DNA from: Elusimicrobiota bacterium
GTDB taxonomy: Bacteria > Elusimicrobiota > Endomicrobiia > Endomicrobiales > JBDRNC01
Direction of reading: 5' to 3'
Length of the DNA stretch: 64,000 bases
NCBI GenBank assembly: GCA_043811535.1
Contig: JBDRNC010000020.1
Location: forward strand, 8,483 to 72,482
The notes beneath the pieces were generated by a model. The model searched no databases, was not told the origin of the DNA, and worked only from the letters and a program-made list of their open reading frames with translations. The position numbers and the translations under genes were made by a program. Positions within the stretch are counted from its first letter, which is position 1; every line of letters begins with the position of its first letter. Below, one piece after another: positions 28,523 through 36,607 of the stretch.

Positions 28523-29485
28523 ATGATAACTTATAAGAAATCTGGCGTAAACATTGACGCGGGAAACGAGCTGGTAAGGCGTATCAAAAGACGCCTGCCG
28601 AAGATAGGCGGTTTCGGGGGCGTATTTCCGCTTTCAGGAACGAAATATAACCTTGTCAGTTCCACGGACGGCGTCGGAACCAAACTTAAGCTGGCATTCA
28701 TACTCAACAAGCACGATACCGTAGGGATAGACCTTGTCGCGATGAGTGTAAACGATATTATCTGCTGCGGGGCGAAACCGTTATTTTTCCTGGATTACTT
28801 CGCGTGCGGAAAACTGAACGTTAATACCGCCGAGAAGGTCGTTTCAGGCATAGCGAAAGGCTGCAAACTCGCCGGCTGCGCGCTCATCGGCGGGGAAACG
28901 GCCGAGATGCCGGGTTTCTATCCTCCCGGCGAATACGACCTGGCAGGCTTCGCGGTAGGCGCGCTTGAAAAGGGGAAAGAAATAACCGGGAAAAGGATAC
29001 GGCCCGGCGACGTTGTTATCGGACTTCCGTCATCCGGACCCCACTCCAACGGCTATTCGCTCATAAGAAAAGTGCTGTCAAATAAGGAGATAAGAAAATA
29101 CCGGAAAGAACTGCTCGCTCCCACAAGGATCTATGTTAAGGAAATCTTAAAGTTGTTGTCAACCGTCAACCGTCAACTGTCAACTGTCGTTCACGGTATT
29201 GCCCATATTACGGGCGGAAGCTTTTATGACAAGATTGAAAGGATTCTCCCGGAAAAATGCAGGGTAATCATTAAAAAGAATTCATGGAAAGTTCCCGAGA
29301 TATTCAGACTCATTCAGAAGAAAGGCAAGATGAAAGATAAGGAAATCTACCGCACCCTGAACATGGGGATAGGTATGGTTCTTGTGGTCGGAGAGAAAGA
29401 GAGCAGGAGAATAAGAGAAAAGATCAAAGGCGCTAAGATAATAGGATATGTGGCAAAAGGAACAAGAGGAGTAGACGTCGTATAA
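28523..29485 (+). CDS. purM: AIR synthetase
   Basis: 320 aa with STDGVGTK, DYFA and AHITGGSF motifs. It contains an in-frame heptad-repeat insertion (next feature). Confidence 0.95.
   Translation: MITYKKSGVNIDAGNELVRRIKRRLPKIGGFGGVFPLSGTKYNLVSSTDGVGTKLKLAFILNKHDTVGIDLVAMSVNDIICCGAKPLFFLDYFACGKLNVNTAEKVVSGIAKGCKLAGCALIGGETAEMPGFYPPGEYDLAGFAVGALEKGKEITGKRIRPGDVVIGLPSSGPHSNGYSLIRKVLSNKEIRKYRKELLAPTRIYVKEILKLLSTVNRQLSTVVHGIAHITGGSFYDKIERILPEKCRVIIKKNSWKVPEIFRLIQKKGKMKDKEIYRTLNMGIGMVLVVGEKESRRIREKIKGAKIIGYVAKGTRGVDVV
29158..29189 (+). repeat. GTCAACY heptad array inside the purM coding sequence
   Basis: GTCAACC GTCAACC GTCAACT GTCAACT GTCG encodes STVNRQLSTVV. The region between YVK and the HxxAHxTGG motif is about 6 aa longer than I recall for E. 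coli PurM. Confidence 0.8.
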
Positions 29486-29502
29486 TGACAAAGCACAAAT
29501 GA

Positions 29503-29565
29503 TCCGACTTCGCATGCGACCACCTGCTATTTATTTAACCGAAGTCCCTCTTTCGGGGAGACTCC
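29503..29565 (-). repeat. 63-nt element E, left (inverted) copy
   Basis: The reverse complement is GGAGTCTCCCCGAAAGAGGGACTTCGGTTAAATAAATAGCAGGTGGTCGCATGCGAAGTCGGA, roughly 88-90% identical by eye to 31656-31719. Confidence 0.85.
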
Positions 29566-29666
29566 ATTGAAAATAATAATGAAGTCGCAAAATAAATTCA
29601 AATATATAAATCAAAAATTGTTTTAAGCTTTGATATTGTAGTTATATTTTGACATTTGAATTTAAT

Positions 29667-30266
29667 ATGATTGTTAACTTGGGTGTTTTAATTTCCGGCG
29701 GGGGGACGAATTTGCAGGCGATAATCGATGCCTGCCAATCAGGCATACTGAAAGATATCGCGCAGATAGCGCTGGTCGTTTCCAATAAGGCGGAGGCATT
29801 CGGGCTTGAACGCGCTAAGAAACACGGGATACCGGCGCTGTGGATAAATTCTAAGAATTTTCCGGATAATCAGTCATTTTACAAGAAAGTATCAAGCGAG
29901 CTCAAAAGGCATAGGGTGAATATTGTGTGTCTCGCGGGCTACATGCGCATGGTTGACCCGTGCCTGATAAAAGATTTTAAGAAAAAGGTCCTTAACATTC
30001 ACCCGGCGCTGCTGCCGAAATTCGGCGGGAAAGGCATGTACGGGCATTTCGTCCACGAAGCGGTAATAAAGGCCGGCGAGCCGGAATCGGGCGCTACGGT
30101 TCACATGGTGGACGAACAGTACGACCACGGCCCGATAGTTCTCCAGTATAAAGTACCTGTTTTCCCGAAAGACACCGCCGACGTGCTGGCAGAGAGAGTG
30201 ATTGAAGTCGAGCACAGAATATATCCCGAAGCGATTCTTAAAGTGATAACTGGAGGAAAACAATGA
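29667..30266 (+). CDS. purN: phosphoribosylglycinamide formyltransferase
   Basis: LGVLISGGGTNLQAIID and NIHPALLP motifs. I moved the start to ATG 29667. Confidence 0.9.
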   Translation: MIVNLGVLISGGGTNLQAIIDACQSGILKDIAQIALVVSNKAEAFGLERAKKHGIPALWINSKNFPDNQSFYKKVSSELKRHRVNIVCLAGYMRMVDPCLIKDFKKKVLNIHPALLPKFGGKGMYGHFVHEAVIKAGEPESGATVHMVDEQYDHGPIVLQYKVPVFPKDTADVLAERVIEVEHRIYPEAILKVITGGKQ

Positions 30267-31561
30267 TATCTCGCTATACTAGAAAAGAAATGGCCGCTAT
30301 TTGGTCTGAGGAGAACCGCTTCAGGACAATGCTTGAAGTGGAGATACTCGCCGCCGAGGCGATGGCAAAAACCGGGAAAGTGCCGAAATCGGCGATTCCG
30401 CTCATCAGGAAGCGCGCGAAGATCAACGTAAAACGGATACAAAAAATCGAGGAAACGGTAAAACATGACGTCATTGCTTTCCTCACTCAGGTAGGCGAGA
30501 CGATCGGCCCGCAGGCAAGGTTCCTGCATCAGGGGATGACCTCGTCCGATGTGCTGGATACGGCTACAAGCGTCCAGCTGAGGCAGTCGTGCGCTCAGAT
30601 ATTAACCGGGATAAACAATCTTCTGAAAACGCTCAGGCGGCTTGTCGTAAAATACAAGAAAACACCCATGATGGGCCGCACTCACGGCATTCACGCCGAG
30701 CCAATCACGTTCGGTTTCAAGGCGGCTTCATGGTATTCCGAGATGGTCAGGGCCAAAGCGCTGATAGAAAACACGAAAGATACCGTAAGTTACGGGAAGA
30801 TATCGGGCGCGGTCGGCACTTACGCGCATCTTGACCCAAAAGTTGAGAAATATGTCTGTTCCAAACTGGGATTGAAGCCGGAGCCCGTTTCCACCCAAGT
30901 GGTTCCCAGGGACAGGCACGCCGCGTACCTTTGCCGGTTTGCCATTGTAGGCGGCTCAATTGAAAGGATAGCGTTGGAGATAAGGCACCTGCAGAGGACC
31001 GAGGTTCAGGAAGCGGAAGAACCGTTTACAAAGGGGCAGAAGGGCTCATCGGCGATGCCCCACAAAAGAAACCCGATTCTATCGGAGAATCTTTGCGGGC
31101 TAGCGCGTTTGCTGAGGGGCTACGCGATGACCGGGCTTGAAAACATAGCGCTGTGGCACGAGCGCGATATAAGCCACTCGTCCGCCGAAAGAGTCGTCTT
31201 TCCCGACGCTTCGATAACGCTGGATTTCATGCTCGCGAGGGCGAATCATCTCTTATCAGGCCTGCAGGTGTATCCCAAAAACATGCTGGCGAACCTGAAC
31301 AGGTCGCAGGACATAATATTTTCCGGCAGGCTGCTGCTTGCTCTTGTGAGCAAGGGGATTTCGAGGGAGAAGGCATACGCCATAGTGCAGAAAAACGCCT
31401 TTAAGGCCCGCGAAGAGAACGTAAAGTTCGACAAATGCGTCTTGCACGACCCTGAAATAACAAAGCTCCTTAAGAAGCCTGAAATATCGGATTGCTTCAA
31501 GCTTGACCATCATTTCAGGAACCTGCCATACATCTTTAAGCGGGCGCTTTCCGAAAGATGA
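30263..31561 (+). CDS. purB: adenylosuccinate lyase
   Basis: 432 aa with the fumarate-lyase signature GSSAMPHKRNP. ATGA overlap with purN. Confidence 0.95.
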   Translation: MISRYTRKEMAAIWSEENRFRTMLEVEILAAEAMAKTGKVPKSAIPLIRKRAKINVKRIQKIEETVKHDVIAFLTQVGETIGPQARFLHQGMTSSDVLDTATSVQLRQSCAQILTGINNLLKTLRRLVVKYKKTPMMGRTHGIHAEPITFGFKAASWYSEMVRAKALIENTKDTVSYGKISGAVGTYAHLDPKVEKYVCSKLGLKPEPVSTQVVPRDRHAAYLCRFAIVGGSIERIALEIRHLQRTEVQEAEEPFTKGQKGSSAMPHKRNPILSENLCGLARLLRGYAMTGLENIALWHERDISHSSAERVVFPDASITLDFMLARANHLLSGLQVYPKNMLANLNRSQDIIFSGRLLLALVSKGISREKAYAIVQKNAFKAREENVKFDKCVLHDPEITKLLKKPEISDCFKLDHHFRNLPYIFKRALSER

Positions 31562-31655
31562 CGGCTTTTCCGGGAAGTTGGTGGAGCCCCTCCGAAAGCC
31601 CTCCTGGCGGGGCAAAAATTAAGCGACCTCCCGCGACCTCATTAACGTATTTAAC

Positions 31656-31719
31656 GGAGTCTCCCTAAAAAAGGGACTTCGGTTAAATAACATAGCAGAT
31701 GGTCGCATGCGCAGTCGGA
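31656..31719 (+). repeat. element E, right (direct) copy
   Basis: GGAGTCTCCCTAAAAAAGGGACTTCGGTTAAATAACATAGCAGATGGTCGCATGCGCAGTCGGA. Confidence 0.85.
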
Positions 31720-31817
31720 CGGTTCCACTCGTATTCCTCCCCTGGCGGAGTCAGGGGATTCAATAACGCGGGATTGAATTATCCGCAAAAATCTACTAAA
31801 ATATCGATTATCCGGAC

Positions 31818-31914
31818 GGGCAGTTAGCTCAGCGGAAGAGCGGGCCGACGCGTCGGCCTGGCCGCAGCGGCCACTCCGGGATCGTTGAAGGAATCTTTCG
31901 TATCGTTTCATTAC
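31818..31914 (+). pseudogene. tRNA-Val-derived pseudo-tRNA unit 1 (97-bp phase)
   Basis: The first 25 nt and the TGGCCGCAG segment are identical to the real tRNA-Val. The anticodon arm is replaced by GGCCGA-CGCG-TCGGCC, and there is no T-arm or 3' acceptor strand. Confidence 0.75.
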
Positions 31915-32011
31915 GGGCAGTTAGCTCAGCGGAAGAGCGGGCCGACATATCGGCCTGGCCGCAGCGGCCACTCCGGGAATCGCTAAAAGATTTATTGTAT
32001 TGTTACATTTT
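31915..32011 (+). pseudogene. tRNA-Val-derived pseudo-tRNA unit 2
   Basis: Same layout as unit 1, with hairpin GGCCGA-CATA-TCGGCC (stem conserved, loop changed). Confidence 0.75.
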
Positions 32012-32083
32012 GGGCAGTTAGCTCAGCGGAAGAGCGCTCGCCTTACACGCGAGTGGCCGCAGGTTCAAATCCTGCACTGCCCA
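32012..32083 (+). tRNA. tRNA-Val (anticodon UAC)
   Basis: Hand-folded cloverleaf: acceptor GGGCAGT/ACTGCCC, D-arm GCTC/GAGC, anticodon arm CTCGC-CTTACAC-GCGAG, T-arm GCAGG-TTCAAAT-CCTGC. No CCA is encoded. Confidence 0.9.
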
Positions 32084-32194
32084 TGATAGATAAAAGTTCC
32101 AGCGCAGCCGACAAGTAATTGGGGAAACGAAAGTTATTTGAGCGGATTTTGCGCCCCGTCTTTCGGGGCACTGCCTATATCAGCGGGAAAGCAA

Positions 32195-33061
32195 ATGGAA
32201 AAAATAAATCATTCCGAGATTTTTGAAATATTCCAGGATGTTTTTTCCAAACTTACCGGTCTTAATATCGCCTTCATCGATACCAACGCAGATTTCATAA
32301 AACGCGCCGGAGATTCAAGGGGTTTTTGCATCCTCATAGGCTCCATTGAAAGGAAAACCGGCGTTTCAAACTGCTGGATCAGTAATTACAGGGCTTGCAA
32401 GAGGGTCATTTCCGAGCAGAAGCCGCAGGTATATAAATGCCATGCCGGACTCACTGAGATAATCGTTCCCGTTCTGGACCACGGGAAAGCTATCGGAGCG
32501 ATCATTACCGGCCAGATAAGGACGAAGGGAAGAAGCAGATACCAGCCAGTTTCAATTCCCATCGGTTTCCGCGTAACTCAAAACCAGCTCAGGTCTGAAT
32601 TCTCAAAGGTACAGGAAATGCTTCCTTCACAGGTAAGGGCTGCGGCGAGAACTCTATATCTTCTCGCGAATGTCTCCTTCAGGGACGAACTGGTGCTCTT
32701 CCTGTCCCAAGGCAGGAAACACCGCTCATCCAACATGAAGAACATTATTCTGAAAGCGACTAACTTCATTCGGGAAAACTTCAAAGATCCGGAAATCTCG
32801 CTTAAACGGGTCGCGGACGAGGTGAGTCTTAATTCGTATTACCTGAGCCATATCTTCAAGAAGGAGCTTAAATCCACATTCGTGAATTACCTTACCAGAA
32901 TACGCATGGAAGACACGCTAAGGCAGTTGAAACACCAGCCCGACAAGAGCATCAAGGAGATCGCGTACGAATCGGGTTATTCCGATCCCTACTATTTCAG
33001 CAAAGTATTCAAGAAATTCTACCATTCATCCCCTCTGAAATACCGCCTAAAAAACGCCTAG
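32195..33061 (+). CDS. AraC-family transcriptional regulator with N-terminal PocR-like sensor domain
   Basis: C-terminal double HTH (YYLSHIFKK...GYSDPYYFSKVFKK). The N-terminal region has a YKCHAGL...VPV...G motif typical of PocR. Start is probably ATG 32195. Confidence 0.8.
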   Translation: MEKINHSEIFEIFQDVFSKLTGLNIAFIDTNADFIKRAGDSRGFCILIGSIERKTGVSNCWISNYRACKRVISEQKPQVYKCHAGLTEIIVPVLDHGKAIGAIITGQIRTKGRSRYQPVSIPIGFRVTQNQLRSEFSKVQEMLPSQVRAAARTLYLLANVSFRDELVLFLSQGRKHRSSNMKNIILKATNFIRENFKDPEISLKRVADEVSLNSYYLSHIFKKELKSTFVNYLTRIRMEDTLRQLKHQPDKSIKEIAYESGYSDPYYFSKVFKKFYHSSPLKYRLKNA

Positions 33062-33141
33062 AACCTTAAAAACCATCAAGACTAAGAAAACACCCGAAAT
33101 CTGCTACGCAAAAAAGTACATCTAATCGTCAATTTATTCCA

Positions 33142-33170
33142 TTGTGTTACCGCTACCATAAAAATAGAAT
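33142..33170 (+). promoter_or_regulatory. candidate promoter TTGTGT-17-TAGAAT
   Basis: Read directly, 26 nt upstream of the start at 33196. Confidence 0.45.
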
Positions 33171-33195
33171 GATTATAGATACAACGGGAGGGCTT

Positions 33196-35166
33196 ATGAA
33201 AATGACAATCTTGCTCTGTGCCGCCTTGTGTTTCCTGTCCGCGCTTTCGCGCGGCGCGGAACCTGGTTTCGTGGTGTTCGATCCCGGGACAGATGATATC
33301 ATAAATTATTCAAAACACGGCAATTTTGAAGGATTGGGCACTGATAAATACAAGTACGTAATGACCGATCCGGCCAGGTTGGGCAAGGCAGCTGGAGAAG
33401 GCATATATCCGAACAGCAGTTCGGTCCTGAAGGACCCCGCGTACATCAAACTTAACAATTCGGGCTTGTTGAACGGGAGCCAGTGGAATTTCCTTAATAA
33501 CGATGACCACCAGCTTAATTTTTTTAAATGGGCCACGGTCGGCGAGGAACCCGGAGTCAAGGCGTACTACTCGGCCCTGGCGCTTGAGAAGGCCGGAAAC
33601 ATCAAGCACGCTGTAAAGGCGTATTATTCCATAGTCGTTCATTTCCCGAAGTCGGTCGGGCGCACGTACTGGAATTCTCCGTGGTATGTCGGCCCTGTGG
33701 CGGTGGACAAAATAAAGTACCTTACCGCGAAAAATCCCGGACTGGGCATTAAGCTGGTAGGCGCATACGTTAAAGTCATAAACCGCTTTGACGACGATTC
33801 AAAGAACGATTCTTTTATCGTGAATCCGGGCAGGATTTTAAAGGTCAATCCGGTGAATATCAGGCCGGAAAGGGAAGATACCGCCAAATACAAAATCGAC
33901 AGGACTGTCGGCGCCGGAGCGGTGCGTCTGGTGAAGTATTCGAACGGCCACTGGCAGCTGTTAGTAGACGGGAAACCGTATACCGTCAAAGGGATGGCTT
34001 ATTCGCCCAATAAGATCGGTCTCAGCCCGGATAAAGGGACGTTAAACGTGTCCAGGGACTGGATGTTCGCGGATTTCAATAAGAACGGCGTCATTGACGG
34101 GCCTTATGAGGCGTGGGTGGACGCGAACGGAAACAATAAAAAGGACGCGGGAGAGGAAAATACGGGAGATTTTCAGCTGATGAAGGAAATGGGCGTAAAC
34201 ACTCTGAGAATCTATCATTACGACGGATTAAACGACGATCTCCTCCGTGAAGGATACGAAAAATACGGTTTTATGTATCTCATGGGGAACCTGATAGGGA
34301 TGTACTGCACCGATTCCGGCGCGGATTGGTTCAGCGGCACGGATTATACTGACGCTAAACAACGCGAAAAGATGCTGGACAGCGTGAGGAGGATGGTTGA
34401 GGCGTACAAGGATAAACCGTACGTACTCATGTGGGTGCTCGGAAACGAGAACAATTACGGGGCGCCAGGCACGTTCGGTATGGACGCGGGATCGGGCTGC
34501 AGGGCGAAGCTCCAGCCCGAAGCTTATTATAAATTCGTGAACGAGGCCGCCAGGCTTGTAAAATCGCTGGACCCGCAGAAGAGGCCCGTGGCGATATGCA
34601 ACGGGGACGCGCTGTTTCTTGACATCTGCGCGAAAAACGCGCCTGACCTGGATGTATTCGGGACAAACTGCTACAGAGGCGAGCAGGGATTTGGCTCGAT
34701 GTGGGATGACGTGTCCGAAGTCATGGGGAAACCGGTGGTTATAACCGAATACGGGTGCTCGGCGTACCATGAACTTTGGGACCTTAAGCGTGCCGAAGAA
34801 GGCCAGGCTGAATATCACAGGGGAAACTGGGAAGACATAGAGTTGAATCTCGCGGGAAGCGGGAGCGGCAACGCTCTCGGCGGGGTTGTTTTCGAATGGA
34901 CGGACGAATGGTGGAAAGCCAACGCTGACCTTCCCGACAGAATAAAGAGCCAGAAAAAAGGATGGTACAGCAGGCGCGAGGATAAATATAAAAACCTTAC
35001 ACCGGACGCACACGATGCGGTTCCCCAGTTCGGCGCTCCATTCCTGGACGGCTGGAGTTATGAAGAATGGCTTGGGATAACCGGCCAGGGAAACGGCAGG
35101 CATAGCCCGTTCATGAGACAATTAAGGCCGGCATATTTCGCATACAAAGAAATGTGGAACAAGTAA
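33196..35166 (+). CDS. secreted clan GH-A (beta/alpha)8 glycosidase-like protein, paralogue 1
   Basis: Signal peptide after GGGAGGG-ATG. LGNENNY (acid/base Glu) and VITEYGCSAY (nucleophile Glu) have spacing typical of clan GH-A (GH2-C/GH72-like). It carries an EF-hand-like insert DFNKNGVIDGPYEAWVDANGNNKKD. Confidence 0.6.
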   Translation: MKMTILLCAALCFLSALSRGAEPGFVVFDPGTDDIINYSKHGNFEGLGTDKYKYVMTDPARLGKAAGEGIYPNSSSVLKDPAYIKLNNSGLLNGSQWNFLNNDDHQLNFFKWATVGEEPGVKAYYSALALEKAGNIKHAVKAYYSIVVHFPKSVGRTYWNSPWYVGPVAVDKIKYLTAKNPGLGIKLVGAYVKVINRFDDDSKNDSFIVNPGRILKVNPVNIRPEREDTAKYKIDRTVGAGAVRLVKYSNGHWQLLVDGKPYTVKGMAYSPNKIGLSPDKGTLNVSRDWMFADFNKNGVIDGPYEAWVDANGNNKKDAGEENTGDFQLMKEMGVNTLRIYHYDGLNDDLLREGYEKYGFMYLMGNLIGMYCTDSGADWFSGTDYTDAKQREKMLDSVRRMVEAYKDKPYVLMWVLGNENNYGAPGTFGMDAGSGCRAKLQPEAYYKFVNEAARLVKSLDPQKRPVAICNGDALFLDICAKNAPDLDVFGTNCYRGEQGFGSMWDDVSEVMGKPVVITEYGCSAYHELWDLKRAEEGQAEYHRGNWEDIELNLAGSGSGNALGGVVFEWTDEWWKANADLPDRIKSQKKGWYSRREDKYKNLTPDAHDAVPQFGAPFLDGWSYEEWLGITGQGNGRHSPFMRQLRPAYFAYKEMWNK

Positions 35167-35179
35167 ACAAAAGGTTTTT

Positions 35180-36607
35180 ATGAAAATATATTCACGGATA
35201 CAGTGTATCGCGCTTGCGTTGGTGTTGGCCGGTACTGCGGCGGTTTTTTCTGAAACGGAATATTCAACGGAAACGCGCGGTGTTTCCGGCCCGGCCGGGC
35301 AGGATGATATTGCCGAAACAAAGGAAGTTATTGTGTCTACGGAAACACTGAAAGAGCCGGTAATTATCAGGGGAAGGGGAAGAGTGTCCCTGGTCAAAGC
35401 GAACGGAACGTGGCAGCTGCTCGTGGACAAGCAGACATACATAGTGAAAGGCGTGGAATACGCGGCGGATCCGGTCGGGCGCCCGTCAGGAGAAAGCAAT
35501 ATGTGGATGAACGACGATTTCAACGGCAACGGGAAATGCGACGGCCCGTATGACTCATGGATCGACTCAAACGGCGACAACTACCAGGACCTTGACGAAA
35601 AACCCGCCGGGGACTTCATGTTGTTAAAAAGAATGGGATGCAATACAATAAGGCTGTATCACCCCTCAAATATAAACGCTGAGATCCTGAATGACCTGTA
35701 CGGCAATTACGGCATAATGACTATAATGGGCAATCTTCTCGGGGCCTACACGGTTGATACGGGAGCGGGATGGGAGAAGGGGACCGATTATAACGACCCG
35801 GCGCAGAGAGAGAAGATGAAAAAAAGCGTTGAAGAGATGGTGCTCAGGTACAAGGATGAGCCGTTCGTGCTGATGTGGATACTCGGCAACGAAAACGACG
35901 CCGCAGGGAGCTACGACAATTCTACGTTTAATAATACGAACGCCGGCAAGTGCCCGGAAGCGTATGCGAGGTTTGTAGGCGAGGTCGCCAGGATGATTAA
36001 AAGGCTGGATCCGGAGCATCCTGTCGGGACCTGCGTCGCGTATTACAAGCTCTTGCCGTATTTCGCGAAATACGCGCCTGAGATAGACGTGATAGGGATG
36101 AACGCATACACGGGGCCGTTCGGCTTCGGAACGCTTTGGGGCCGGGTTTCAAACGCGTTCGACAGGCCCGTTTTGATAACAGAATACGGCGCTGACAGTT
36201 ACAACCAGGCGAATCAGGCGGTTGATGAGGATTTTCAGGCGCTCTACCACGCAAGGTCGTGGCAGGACATAGTTGACAACAGTTACGCCGGGCATAAAAA
36301 CGGGAACGCGATAGGCGGGGTCGCATTCTGCTGGATGGATAAGTGGTGGCTGTGCGGCTCACCGCTGGTCCATGACGCGGAACTGGGGGCGTGGCCCGGG
36401 CCGTCAAACGACGGGAAGTATAACGACGAGTGGATCGGAATCTGCGGGCAGGGGGACGGTTCAAAAAGCCCGTTCATAAGACGGCCGAAAAAAGTCTATT
36501 TCACGTACAAGAACGAATTATGGAACAAGTCGCTTGAGCAGATCGAAGAGTCCAATAAGGGTTATAGAAAAAACGCGGGGGACGGTTTAAAACCACAGTC
36601 CAAATGA
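35180..36607 (+). CDS. secreted clan GH-A glycosidase-like protein, paralogue 2
   Basis: LGNENDA and LITEYGADSY motifs, insert DDFNGNGKCDGPYDSWIDSNGDNYQD, signal peptide. Confidence 0.6.
   Translation: MKIYSRIQCIALALVLAGTAAVFSETEYSTETRGVSGPAGQDDIAETKEVIVSTETLKEPVIIRGRGRVSLVKANGTWQLLVDKQTYIVKGVEYAADPVGRPSGESNMWMNDDFNGNGKCDGPYDSWIDSNGDNYQDLDEKPAGDFMLLKRMGCNTIRLYHPSNINAEILNDLYGNYGIMTIMGNLLGAYTVDTGAGWEKGTDYNDPAQREKMKKSVEEMVLRYKDEPFVLMWILGNENDAAGSYDNSTFNNTNAGKCPEAYARFVGEVARMIKRLDPEHPVGTCVAYYKLLPYFAKYAPEIDVIGMNAYTGPFGFGTLWGRVSNAFDRPVLITEYGADSYNQANQAVDEDFQALYHARSWQDIVDNSYAGHKNGNAIGGVAFCWMDKWWLCGSPLVHDAELGAWPGPSNDGKYNDEWIGICGQGDGSKSPFIRRPKKVYFTYKNELWNKSLEQIEESNKGYRKNAGDGLKPQSK

Noticed and set aside
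14146-29666. Purine, ZTP or PRPP riboswitches in front of the pur genes.
   Set aside because: Most spacers are under 90 nt and are fully accounted for by heptad hairpins. No conserved riboswitch cores were seen by eye (for example the guanine-aptamer junctions or the ZTP GGGUCGUG...CCGCCUGGGC). Only a proper cmscan can exclude divergent members.
31818-32011. Two additional functional tRNA genes upstream of tRNA-Val.
   Set aside because: They lack a 7-nt anticodon loop, a T-arm and the 3' acceptor strand, so they cannot fold into a cloverleaf. I annotated them as pseudo-tRNA units.
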